A stretch of DNA of 38,276 nt, taken from NCBI GenBank assembly GCA_013115125.1, contig JABANN010000332.1, positions 1 to 38,276 of the forward strand, read 5' to 3'. The DNA is from Perkinsus olseni (taxonomy: Eukaryota). Shown piece by piece: positions 12,441 to 23,763 of the stretch. A program made the position numbers and the translations under genes. How positions within the stretch are numbered: position 1 is the first letter of the stretch; every line of letters begins with the position of its first letter. Below the pieces are notes generated by a model. It was given only the letters and a program-made list of their open reading frames with translations, was not told the DNA's origin and ran no database searches.

Positions 12441-13931
12441 ATGTCCAGTCCCCTCCCTCTTGCTCCAGCCCGCGCTGGGCCCTCGTCAATCCCTCGAAGC
12501 CTAGGCCGTGATGCTCGTTTACGGGCCTGTCCTTTGTCAATCATCTTGCTTCATCGATCCTTTCTTCGAAGCTGCGAGAGTCGTGAGGATGCATTCCTCG
12601 CTTCGGTACCGGTCGGTTCTGTTGACCTTTTCTTGAGCCATTCATGGGCTGCTGGCGGCTTTTGGAAACAAATGGGTCTTGCTATTTCGTGTTGCTCCAG
12701 CGCTTCCTATAAGGTCATGCTGTTCTCATCTTTAATAGCAGCTGGCCTGCTATATGATCCGTCGTGGATCGGTTGCCATTACGAGCTCTCCGTATGTGCC
12801 TTCGGTTTCGTAACATTCATAATTACCCTATCCGTTATACCGTTAGTTACGCACCGCAAAACCATGGTATTTCTTGATAAGTGTTGTATACCACAGAAGG
12901 ACCCCATTGCTAAGTCCTATGGAATTTCGAGGCTAGCTGATTATCTCCATGCATCAGACACGCTGCTCATCCTCTGGTCTCCTGATTATCTCGATCGTCT
13001 CTGGTGCGTCTACGAGTTAGCCGTCTTCTTGCAGACACATGATAAAGAAGACGTGGTCTTGGTGAATCTGGACCACCTAAATCTCTGCGTATCCATGATG
13101 TTCCTGCAGTTCTTCAGTACCGCCATCGCGAGCCTCGCAGAACCGTATTATGTAGACGTATGGTACATCCTGTATGTCCTTCTACTGACTTCGAGTTTGC
13201 TTACGGATTTCGGAGCATACCGTTGTAGTGAGGAGTGGCAGAAGTTCTGTTCTGAAGTGAGGAGTTTCACTCTTCGCAAAGCTAAGTGCTCATCATTAGC
13301 GGATTACCCGATCCTCAAGCAGCTCATAGTTGATATGTACGGGTCGGAGACAAGATTCGAAGCGGCCGTGAGGGCCCTTTGGTTGGGTGAACGCAGAGAG
13401 AGGCAGTGCCCAGCTTGGCTGTTCTCTGCGGCATCGCTGCGAATCATCTGTGCGTCTTATATCCCTCTCATTCTGGGGCGTGCTGTAGGCGCCATCGCAC
13501 GCTCGAGCGAGGAAGATACGGTTAGTTTACAGCCAATCTTTTCAACCGAGGTTGATTCTGAGACCAACGTGCCCGATAACGTGCAGGTGCTGCTGTGGGA
13601 ACTACGTAGCTCGGTTATACCGATCTTGATGGCTTGCGCCCGAGCTCCTTTGATGCTACTGGTCACCCATGAACTGGCAACGGGTTGGACATTGAGTAGA
13701 TGGTGTCGTGGAGTCATCTTCGTCTCGCTCTTTCTTGCGTATAATTGTCTTTCAACGAAGATTTGCGGCGGGGGGCCTTTGTGTGCTCCATTAGTGCAAG
13801 TTCCGATGCGTTCGCCGGCGGATGAAGCACGACTTTGGATCAACGGAATCATCGCTGTAACTTTATTATTTTCGATTGTACGAAGGTCGTATGTATTTGA
13901 ACTCCCTTCAAACCGAAACAAATTGCAATAA
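12441..13931 (+). CDS. Intronless multi-pass membrane protein with TIR-like domain (496 aa)
   Basis: Uninterrupted ORF with ordered motifs DLFLSHSW, VFLDKCCI, LLILWSPDYLDRLWCVYEL matching the TIR/TIR_2 strand pattern. Several hydrophobic segments lie inside and after the domain. Confidence 0.8.
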   Translation: MSSPLPLAPARAGPSSIPRSLGRDARLRACPLSIILLHRSFLRSCESREDAFLASVPVGSVDLFLSHSWAAGGFWKQMGLAISCCSSASYKVMLFSSLIAAGLLYDPSWIGCHYELSVCAFGFVTFIITLSVIPLVTHRKTMVFLDKCCIPQKDPIAKSYGISRLADYLHASDTLLILWSPDYLDRLWCVYELAVFLQTHDKEDVVLVNLDHLNLCVSMMFLQFFSTAIASLAEPYYVDVWYILYVLLLTSSLLTDFGAYRCSEEWQKFCSEVRSFTLRKAKCSSLADYPILKQLIVDMYGSETRFEAAVRALWLGERRERQCPAWLFSAASLRIICASYIPLILGRAVGAIARSSEEDTVSLQPIFSTEVDSETNVPDNVQVLLWELRSSVIPILMACARAPLMLLVTHELATGWTLSRWCRGVIFVSLFLAYNCLSTKICGGGPLCAPLVQVPMRSPADEARLWINGIIAVTLLFSIVRRSYVFELPSNRNKLQ

Positions 13932-14434
13932 TTGACGGAAAGCGTGTGATTCTGAAAAGATGAGCGTCTTCCGATTCCCTTATCTTTGATTCCAAGATTG
14001 AATTCGGAGTCGCGTCAGATTACGGGAAGGTTCTCAATTTACCGATACCACGGGGGAATCCGCCGCAAGGCCCATCCAGGGCGGGCCGCCCTTACCGTTG
14101 TTTACCCGGCTCCCTTCCTCCCCGGCGTTGGGGCGTGGGCCAGAGGACTGCGCATCGTGCGCCGGGTCCTCGGCCAATGTGACGGGGCCGCCTCCCAACA
14201 AAAGGGAGGCAGCCGCACCACATCGCCAGGGTGGGCGGGAGGCTTTTTTTTAGAAGATAAAATTAAACTAACTCGACGCGAATGTACCTCACTCACTCCG
14301 TACTCTCCTCGACCGAACTACCCACTAGCACCATCACAAAGCTACTGTCTCATTTGTGCGCCGGGCGACACCGCCGAGTAAACTGGCCCAACGAGTTGAC
14401 CTCGAATCTTACCGTTACATCGGTAAGGAGTCGA

Positions 14435-15905
14435 ACTTCCCATTTGACTGATCGAATTCTTTCATGGAGGGCTCCTCGACCAGGAGTAGAGCATCAACTT
14501 CACTTTACATCCCGCTGGCCTATGAGTGTCCACTCAGTGGATTCCACTGTGTTCAGAGTGAAATATCGCTAGGCACTGCCAGTGCCATCTGGACACACTG
14601 GACTCGCTGATTGGTGAGAAGACTGTTAGCCTTCTCGTGGACGATCATCGTCCGGCGATGCGATCCTGACCGCGTGGACCTCAATGACGCGCGAGTTGTT
14701 CTTGGGCTGATAGTAGAAATTCTACTTTCGAAGTGCTCAGTGAGTTTATAATCGACTGTCTTATAACTGTTTGTGATAAACTGTATTTTCGCGTTATTTC
14801 ACGTGGTTCCACCGTGGAACTTCCACGCGTATAACACGCTATTCTTGCACGAAGTGTGAAACACGTTTCACGGATGCCATTACGCATGCCACCCGTTAAT
14901 ACGCGTGTTGTGGGGGTTCGTTTCGGGTATGAACCAGTGATCAGATTCAGCTAATACAACCGTAAGGGGCCTTAGGTTAAGTGGATAGTGAGAGGGGTGA
15001 CTGTAGATGGCGCTGAGAGCTGGGACGATGACCAACTACACCAGCCGCGCCGACTAGCTATAGATCTGATGAAGCACGCATGCACACGAAGTGGCACTTA
15101 GGATGTTGCGCACTTCGGAAGTGCGCAACATCCTACTATACGCGTACTAGCCCCGCGTGGTCACTCGTAATTTCGCATGCGTTATTACGCGGAGGGTCTC
15201 CGCGTAGGAAATAGGAAATACTAGAAAATATTCTGAGTATTTCCTACACTTCGCGTTTTTCGCGTAATTACAGTAGCGTAGAGCTGATTTGCGCGTAAAG
15301 CAGGTGCAACTCCATTCTCATGGGTTTACTGATACCGTATTCCTCGAGTTACGTCCAATAGCAGCTCCCGAGATTCTCAATTCCTCAGGCTGAGAATTTC
15401 TCCATGAGAAATCTACCACTGGGCGCTAGTATCCAATAGTATTGGACCAATACTGACCGCTGATGTTGTCATGATCTCAGAGATTAACACAAATACATAC
15501 TGATAGTCACATAATGTGACTCACATTCCCACTGATGTAGAAGGTTTACACTTTCGGAGCCTCTGCATTGCAGGACCTGCAACCACAGCTCTCTCATAAT
15601 GACTGAGCGACACCATTTGAGTAGACACGGTAATTTTTTCCACCGAGGCAACGAGATAGTAGCTCCAGGGAGCTTTCACAAGACATATGAGTCTCACATT
15701 GCGAAGCTCCATATTATGAGAGCGGGGCAAACTAGACTCCTAGCCTTCTCGCCAATCAGCGAGTCCAGTGTGGCATTGCAGAAAATGGCGATATCTAATT
15801 CCTGAACACAGTGGACAATCATAGGTCGACAGGATGTGAAGTGAATCCTTTACTCCCGGTCGAGGAGTCCTCGATGAGAGAATTCGATTAGTCGCAATGG
15901 AAAGT
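14435..15905. mobile_element. Diverged long inverted repeat (~160-190 bp arms) enclosing ~1.1 kb non-coding DNA; MITE/foldback-like or two opposed repeat copies
   Basis: Reverse complement of ~14435-14625 aligns to ~15744-15905, e.g. ttctc(a/g)ccaatcagcgagtccagtgtg, ctgaacacagtgga, tactcc(t/c)ggtcgaggag, gaattcgat(c/t)agtc. Confidence 0.7.
15099..15135. repeat. Perfect palindrome, 18-bp arms, 1-nt centre
   Basis: taggatgttgcgcacttc-g-gaagtgcgcaacatccta. Confidence 0.95.
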
Positions 15906-16430
15906 CTCCCGTAGGTTTAGCCCCTCATCGTGGCGTGGGAGTGTCAATACAAAGCTAAACCGAACTTGCCGCGCTCGACAATCACTCAGCGCTGCTGGGC
16001 CAGTGGGTGGTGACTGAGTGGCGGGAAAAATTCCCTCCCCCCTTTTCTATCATAGAAATTCTATCACTCCATGCTCTCTTCTCGTCTCTACGCTATCGAC
16101 TCGCCGGCAAATTTCGCCTCTACGATCACTCCCAAGACTGCTGGTATTGTCTGAGTTGGACATTGGCTATGTAGTACATAACCAATGTCCAGTATGCCGG
16201 TATGTGTAGTACATAGTATGTACATCGGTGCTCGACCATATTAGCTGATTATACAGTAGCTGATATTAGCTGACTACTCATTGTAGATTAGACATTCATC
16301 ACTAAAGGAAGAGAAAACCTTGCGGCTCGCGCTCAGAATGGAGTCCCGTATCAGTTTATCAGCATTGAAGGGCAGCGCCAAGGAGAACAGGCGAGAATTG
16401 GGTCCCAGACGACAAGCGCCACTGTGACTT

Positions 16431-16481
16431 TGTCGCTTGTCCCGTGGACGGCGTCACTTGTCCCGTAGACAGCGTCACTGT
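16431..16481 (+). repeat. 21-bp tandem repeat (~2.3 copies)
   Basis: cttgtcccgtggacggcgtca / cttgtcccgtagacagcgtca / ctgtcc. Confidence 0.8.
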
Positions 16482-16881
16482 CCACGGGATTAGGTCGCCG
16501 TGATAGAGCTTCGCTGGTCTCTGACTATTCGGTGAACAGTGTTCACTGGACAGTGCGATGATTGTGTTGAACACATTGTTCTGAACCTGGCCAAGGGTAC
16601 TCATCGCGGCTCCATCGACGAGGGCTGGCTCGTTCTGGCATCATGCGATACCATTCTCGACGGCGTGGGGGGGGCTGCATCTGGATGAAGGGCCGAACGG
16701 TGTTGAGTTACCCGTTAGGTACTTCTGTTGCGCGAACTATTTCCACTATTGATTGATGATAGTTGGGCGTGCGCGCATTACTTAAGCTCATATCTTTTCG
16801 CTAGTGGATTCGGTAATAATTTCATAAGTTAGAGGGTTAAGGTAAAGATTGTTATTACCAACTTAGGATCGTACAAGATCT

Positions 16882-17768
16882 TTGGTATCTACTTCCACTA
16901 CTACATCATCGTTGGTATTGGCATTGTTGGTACTAATGACATTAGTACCAACAATGCCAATTAGTCTAATGTTGTTGGTATCCATCCCGAGTTGTGTTAT
17001 TGGCTTCGAAATACAACCCAAGAAGTACTTGAGAAACTCACCACTGCAACTAGTCGACCGAGATCTGCACGTGACGAAGCCTCCGCGTTGTTCTCTAATT
17101 TATGGAGTGATGTTCGCCCTCTGGATGCTCTCGAAGGGCTTCATTGCGAGAAGGAGTCTGAGTCGCACGATCAAGGCTGTGCATCATCATAAGGATGATG
17201 ACACGAATCTTGGGACCCAACCGTTGCGAAGAACTGGCTGTCTACCACCATTTGATGCTGGTGTTTCTATGTGGGGTATTAGGAATACAGACGACGTCTG
17301 TCAGACGTTGGTCAAGCGACCCCGTGAGCAAGTATCTGAGAGGCATTACTCTCAATTAGAAACAATTTCCCCATTATGCCAAGAGGACGCTTCAATGCTA
17401 ACAGACAAGTGTAGAACACTCAAAGAGCAGCCGCGGCAAGTGCCGCTCAGGGTCTCAGTGGAGGGGACTACATCGCGGTGAAGGAGCACTATAACACCAT
17501 TCGTCATGTTGTATATATTGATGTGTACTTTCCGCTCGACGATATCACTTGTCAGCAGACAGCTGACAAGCACTGCGATGTAGACCAATCCCTTCACTCT
17601 TTATCTGCACTCTATCTACGTATAAATCAGTACTCGGGTTATATGTTAGAGTCGTGTTATCGAGACCATTTGGGAAGTTCTTCTCAATACTCGGATAGTG
17701 CTCAAGGATTTAAGAACTGTACGCAAACTCTAAGAAACCTACCTGTTCGGGAACAAACCCAAGCTTAG
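16882..17768 (+). pseudogene. Possible frameshifted or degenerate gene with hydrophobic N-terminus
   Basis: Two overlapping ORFs (199 aa and 96 aa) in different frames. The first has a signal-like hydrophobic start. No family recognised. Confidence 0.3.
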
Positions 17769-18392
17769 CTCATGCAAGTACTGTACTATGTACTTGAAGT
17801 ACATACAGTCTGTCCCACCACAAATTTCCGCACGGGACAATTTGCGCTAGAGCGAGTTCACCAATGAAACTCAGTGTTCCGGAATAGTTATGATGTTCCG
17901 CATCTAATGGTGTCCCTAAGCCGGCCTACTCAACCGTCTCGGCTCACTACTGCCCCGCCAATCCAGAAAACTATTTGTGAAAATTCTCATGAGAAAGCAC
18001 TATGAGAGTATGGCAGCCGTGCTGGAGCCCACCGGAGACGGCGAGGGAATAAGTGTTCTCGTAATTTGCGTATTTGTCCATGATGGAGCATGAGCTTCAA
18101 TCTAAAGGCTTGTTATAGACACGAGACTTGAGTCGGAGCGAGCTGCTCGGTAATCCTGGAGGATAAACTTCAAAATATGGCCGCCGGCCCCCTCGGTGGT
18201 CTATGATCGGAATAAACGAAATATGAATAAACGGGCATTACCGGGCCATTTGCGCTTTTCTGGTGAGCAAGCTTGCCGGAAAAAAGGCGCGGGGGGAATG
18301 CCTTCTGGAGCTGAGCTCGAACGTGTTCAGCAGGCAACTAACGCAACATTATCGAGACAGCACGCCAGCCGCAACAACTGTTAGGCATCGCT

Positions 18393-20134
18393 TCATGTGC
18401 GGTTATTTTCTAGGAAGTTGCTGAGGCTCATGCACAGCTCTACTGCACCCCGCCAGCCCATCCAGTTGAGAACAGAGACAGGTACGTATCTGTACCGATA
18501 CTTCCAGATTCGAGTATGGAAACCGATAAGGGATCCCAACAGTGAGAGGGGGGGGGCGAAGGAACTCACCCTCCAGGGTCTACACACGATATGATCTTCA
18601 ATAAAGTCCCATCAGTATTGTCAGAAAGAGGCTGTATTAGCCATCCGCCGAGATGCTGGTGGGCTCTAGTGTGCCCTTCTTTAACTGGTACATTGAACCT
18701 CAAAGAACAGGGCGATGGGGAACCTACTGTAGGTCCTAGTAGGTTCCCAACCCGAACGGAACCGTTGGCGACGTATCCTAGACTCTAGGATACGTGGCCC
18801 AACGGTGCGGTGGGCGCCCAAGGGAAGGGGGCGCAGAGGGGAAATTTGTTGTTTTGGGGGCGGGGTGGTTTAAAAAAAAGAAGCGGGGGGTGGCACCCTT
18901 CCTGGCTCTTCTGGGCCCCCCCCCCCCCCCCCCGCCCGGGGGCGCCATCCTCCGGGCGTTACTCACCGGCCCCCAAACGGGTTCCGTTCGCAGCCAAAGG
19001 AAGGAGGCCGAAGAGAGAATAGTGGTAGTATGCGGTCAGAGTGGGGGCCTTCTGAATGATGAAATATTTACGCGTTTGTGCCATCGCTAGTGAACGCAAG
19101 AATGCTCCTCTGCTTCGCCCTCTGACACGCTCTGAGCTGAAGCACCTGTCACCGGTGCTCACTACCATTACCCTCACACAATGAGAACCAACCCTACCTC
19201 TCTCGCACTGATAGTGAGTGGAACACCCGCGTACGTACATCTTACGAGCTCCAGGGACCGCTTCTCCAGAAGCTCGTCAACAGCTATCACCTAGGAGCCG
19301 CCTCAATCACATTCGAACGGCAGCCGTATAGATGTCCTAATGTACCTCCGACCCAGTGCACTGAGAATTCCACTCGTTCTCCTTCCTCCCAACCATAACG
19401 TCATACACTTCCTTGGCACTGTGATTTCTTATATGCACAGTTATCCGCCACTGCGACATAGCCTTCTGCTCAGCCTCAGCATCGCTCACCATCACCGAAC
19501 GTTTCTCGACGTATAAGTAACATGGTTCGGTTTGTGTGTGTACAACTTGGAACCCGTCAGGGTCGGCCTCGCTGGCATCCGGGAGGGCTAGAACCTCCGA
19601 TACTTTTTCGATCAGCGTCGAGCCTTGGGGCACATCGTCAGGGAGTCCGGTGGCCGCGTCAGTGGGCCGTCTTGGCCTCCGCTCGATCGAATGCTCGACG
19701 GGGCTGGATGAGGCTACGGTGGCCCATGCTTTCCAGTAGGTGACGAAAACCAAGGCCAGCGCTGCCATCCATAGGAGCCCGGCGCGGAACAGAGAGATGC
19801 CACAGAAAAATAACCCGATTTCGACCAGCCGGTCGAGGGAAGCCAGTAACTCCAGAATTTCCCAGCCGTAACGACTCAGCAGAGCTGACACGATGGAGCT
19901 AACTACAACTGCTATCGAAGAGATGACAGTAATTTGGAGCAGGAGACCGGAAACCTCGACCGGTCGGCTGGTGAGTTCCGGAGGAACCTTCTCAGCTGTC
20001 CTGATCGGTATCTTGCTTCCCTCGGGCGCAGGAGGCGGAGACCTCCTCGAAGCGGGCGGGATGGCAGCAAACTCCAACTGGTTGTCGTTAGCGAAAGTCT
20101 CAGAGCACCACTGGCCCAAGTCGCGAAGGGACAT
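18393..20134 (-). CDS. START (lipid-binding) domain protein with N-terminal transmembrane segments
   Basis: Large first exon with TM helices and AKEVYDVMV..NEWNSQC. Later exons read GHTRAHQHLGGWLIQPL..IISCVDPGG|YVPVSVLNWMG..NNRT*. DPGG-x-V-P..N is the START C-terminal signature. Confidence 0.85.
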
Positions 20135-20526
20135 GCAGATCGGAACGACAAGCTGTTATGAGTATCTTCACGGCTCCAGTAACGATCCAGTGGTGAGAAA
20201 ATGAGAATATTACGCTAGGCACCGAGCCTTGGCCGGGCCCTGAAAATCCTCGCCAGTTTTGTCTTGACGCGGCACGGCCTGCTCAGCCGTCCGAAAAGGG
20301 TTGAACTGTCAGTCCAGGCTAACAACACAGCACAGCGTAGGTGAGTATAGTCTTAGTTTAACAGTAATGGTGACGTTATGCAAGTCTAGTAACATTGAGC
20401 GGTTATGCTGCCTCATCAGTGGCGGCTTCGCCGAGAGAGGGCATCCATGCTGAGGGGTAATAGGGCCTGAGGGAAATCCAAACTGATGACGGATGAAATC
20501 TCGACCTACGGTAGCCTTCCAGAGTC

Positions 20527-21865
20527 TTACCCAGCTATTTCGTCCAGCTCGTCATTATTGACCCCCTGGGTCTGCCGCAATCTCTCAACGTATGCCTGGG
20601 TTCTGGCAAGGCCACTCTGAATAGTGCGGAGCATCTGAGGTCGATCATGGTCATGAATCAGCAACACAGGGCCTCTCACCGAGGGTCGCATTCTCTCCTG
20701 GTTGAGGCTGAGGTAGTATACTCCAGTGTGAGAGAAGCCTCGACTCAAAGGCCGCCTGAAATCGCAAGCACAGCCATACTGCCAAGCCGCCTTCAGACGC
20801 AGCGATGGGAGCTCTCGAAATGTACGCAGGCAAACAGGGAAAGCGAGTCGGTGTGTGGGTTCGGCTGACCAGGTTTGGAGTTTGGAACCAGCGGCTGATG
20901 TAGCGATGCCTCCGAAGTCGACATGCGTGATGTTGCGGAACTTGGCCAGTACGTCGACAAAGGACTCCAAGTGGTCTTGATTGAAGGCTCGAGTGAACCG
21001 ACATTCACCAGCGGGGAATTTTATGAATCTAAAATTACAAATCTGCCGAGTCAAATGGTAACTCCAGTGACGCCGCGGGGACGACGTCGGCCCAAGTATC
21101 TCTATAAGAGCACAATTCCTACTACTCAACTGAATGAGGGTATACTATAGGAGGAGAGAACCAGTAGCTACATAGCACATTATCAAACGAGCAAGCCAAG
21201 GCCAGCCTTGAGAATAGCCCTGCTCGATACATCCCAGGAGGAGCCCGTCGTTCACCCACCTGAGGCCGCTGATGTCGCTCTTTCTGAGCAGCTCGAGCAA
21301 GTCCGTTACCGCCACTTCCTCCTCGAAGCACTGAGAGGAGCGCGTTCGAACCGTACCCGCGTGTAGCGTCTACTGACCGAGTCCGGGATGGCCATAACTT
21401 CTCGGCTGCCCTCCGGTGGTGCGTCCTGGGCGAGCAGGAGCACCATGGCTGAGTGCTGGGTGATAGGGGTGAGCAGGGACGAGAACAAGGCTTGGGTTCC
21501 GGCCTCCAAAGACCTCTGCGGAAACGACCTCTACTCTACAACGGTCAAGGGAACTCACTCGGTTCCTTCGAGGTGGCTGCTTTTCCTTTTCGACCCGACT
21601 GATCGCCTCCGTTACGGCCTAAAGCAGCGAAGAAGATTCCCTTGGGGCACTGAGAATCAAATGCGACGCGAATCGCCCCATTCACCTCTCGGGTATCTTC
21701 AGCATCCCCATCCCCATCGTGACCCTGATAGAAGGACGCCACTAGAGAAGGTGTCAACGCAGTGCTTAAGGGCGTGTACTTCGCTATCGTCAGCAAGGGC
21801 AGCCACCTTCGGCCTGGGCTTCCTTTTCTTATTGGCAACAGATGGCGCGGATGAAGGGGCTCCAT
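20527..21865 (-). CDS. Multi-exon hypothetical protein
   Basis: Exon-like ORFs from MEPLHPRHLLPIRKG.. to a terminal ..DHLESFVDVLAKFRNITHVDFGG..NNDELDEIAG*. Middle exons unresolved. Confidence 0.55.
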
Positions 21866-21888
21866 CGACCTAAGGAAGGGCGTCATTC

Positions 21889-23696
21889 TCAGGCTGACCT
21901 CGCACAGTCGACCACCTGGAGGTCATGTTTAGCCTCCCTCGACTTTGATCGCTGCCGCTTCAGTCCGGTTATTTTGAGCTGCGGGAACGACCATTACAGA
22001 GACTTAGGGGGGTTCACGCTCACCGAAGATTTCGGCGCAAGAGCCGTCTGCGACGGTGCCGTTGACGGAGAAGGGATGAGAGGCCAGTCGTCAATCGCGG
22101 TGCAGTGTGAACCTACGAACGAGGTCGAACCTAGGCTATCACGGGTAGAAAGATACTCCTACCCTCGAGCATCGAACAGAAAAATTCATCCAGGTGGGCT
22201 ATCCATTCCGCAGTAGCAGTACTGACGAACCTGAGGGGCCCAGCGACCTCACGGAGCGCTCCCAGATAGACCTGGAAGCTTGCAATACTTGTGCTGTTAG
22301 TGTTTCATGCACGACCATATGAAGAACAAAAAGAAGTCACAATGTTTGCTCACTATGAGACGACTTTGGAGCTGTAAGAAACTACTGAGACCTAAGACTA
22401 CGTACGATGGCTTGGGTTCACTATAAGGGGTGCAATATCCAGCTTTCACTCAACAACCACTGCTCTTACCTCCGACGATGACAATGGTCGCATTCCACCA
22501 GTGCCATGTCATCCATCCAGGAAGCATCCCCAGTCGGGGTTGCCTGAGCTGAGGGAAGCTCAGCTGGAAGAAGGGCCTGATCGATAAACGAGAGGCGATC
22601 TACCACCTTCTCCTCGGGAGGGATACCGCACTGAGTGGACCGCCTCGAGAGCGACGGCACGGGCGTACCTTCTCAGTGTCTCCATCTGCCGCTGCTGGCT
22701 TGTTCTCTTTGATGCCTGTGGACAGCACATAACACAGCGCCTCCACCCTTCTCGCCCTACCTAATTCGGACTTGATCCTGGAGGCGTCCAACCGCTCCTC
22801 AGGAGTCAGTCGACTCTGAAGGTGAGGGAAAATCGGCCACACTTAGTGCGCAGTAATGTGCAGTAGCCTTACTATGGCCCTAGGACCCCCTGGTGCTGGC
22901 AGGATCACTTCGTTCGCCATGCTCAGGCACAGAGACTCGAGCTCCACTGTCTCCTCGGGCGAACACTGTAGACTGAAGGAGCAGCAGCAACATATTAACA
23001 AATTAACATCACACACAACAATAGATCTACTCGAGAGAACAACCAGGGCCAGCTCACCTCAAGAACAGGACCTGACAGACGGACGCCCCTTCCTCGGAAC
23101 CCAGAGCCTCTCCGACTGCATCCGCCATCACCCGAATCTACAACGACTTCACTACAGTACTAGCCTTTGAGCCTACTAGCCGAGCCGAGCCGAGCCGAGC
23201 CGAGCCGAGCCGAGCCGAGCCGAGCCGAGCCGAGCCGAGCCGAGCCGAGCCGAGCANNNNNNNNNNNNNNNNNNNNNNNNNNNNNNNNNNNNNNNNNNNN
23301 NNNNNNNNNNNNNNNNNNNNNNNNNNNNNNNNNNNNNNNNNNNNNNNNNNNNNNCCCGATGGCTGCCCCACCCACACCAACCCGATCCAGGGAGTCGAAC
23401 AGCGCTATATTGGTGAGATGGAGCTGAGCCATGGGCGACCGTGCCTGCTTGGCTCGTCGAGCGAAGGCCTTCAACTACAGTAGAGAGCAATACAGTGACG
23501 CTTGAAAGGAGGCAGCGAAGGTAAGTACCAATTCGAGGAGCTGATCCAGATCAGGGAGGGCTATGCTGTCTAGGTCCACCACGAGGGATGTGCCCCAGTA
23601 GACGCTCGCGACTTCCCTGAAGGGCGGTTGATATGGTACGGACTACTGCCAGGCATATCTTTCAAACGGGTCGGCTATGATGTCGACCTCACTCAT
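21889..23696 (-). CDS. Multi-exon protein with CW-type zinc finger-like domain
   Basis: Spliced reading from MSEVDIIADPF.. through ALVECDHCHRR|RFVSTATAEWIAHLDEFFCSMLE|GSHCTAIDDW, matching zf-CW spacing (CxxC..FxCSM..C). One intron spans the assembly gap. Confidence 0.7.
22372..22430 (+). repeat. Dispersed repeat, copy 2 (inside an intron of the CW-finger gene)
   Basis: ctgtaagaaactactgagacctaagactacgtacgatggcttgggttcactataagggg, matching 11773-11831. Confidence 0.9.
23178..23255. repeat. (AGCCG)n pentanucleotide microsatellite, truncated by gap
   Basis: About 15 perfect copies running into the N run. Confidence 0.97.
23257..23354. other. Assembly gap (98 N)
   Basis: Run of N. Confidence 1.
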
Positions 23697-23763
23697 GTTA
23701 AACCATGAGCGAGATAAGATTCTACGCCAGAATTGTCCTGGTTTTATACCCACTGAACGCCCC

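Noticed and set aside
14050-14270. GC-rich ORFs 13986-14381 and 14102-14296
   Set aside because: Low-complexity, noisy-looking sequence with no protein motif; probably poor consensus or repeat DNA.
18796-18990. G/C/A homopolymer-rich stretch giving poly-Pro/Gly ORFs and G-quadruplex-like runs
   Set aside because: It lies inside an intron of the START gene and looks like low-quality read consensus; not interpreted as biology.
23160-23490. ORFs with (ARLGS)n or (AEPSR)n repeats
   Set aside because: Translations of the AGCCG microsatellite and the N gap within an intron.
23617-23649. Possible GC-AG intron in the CW-finger gene
   Set aside because: A canonical 30-nt GT-AG intron (23617-23646) keeps the same frame.
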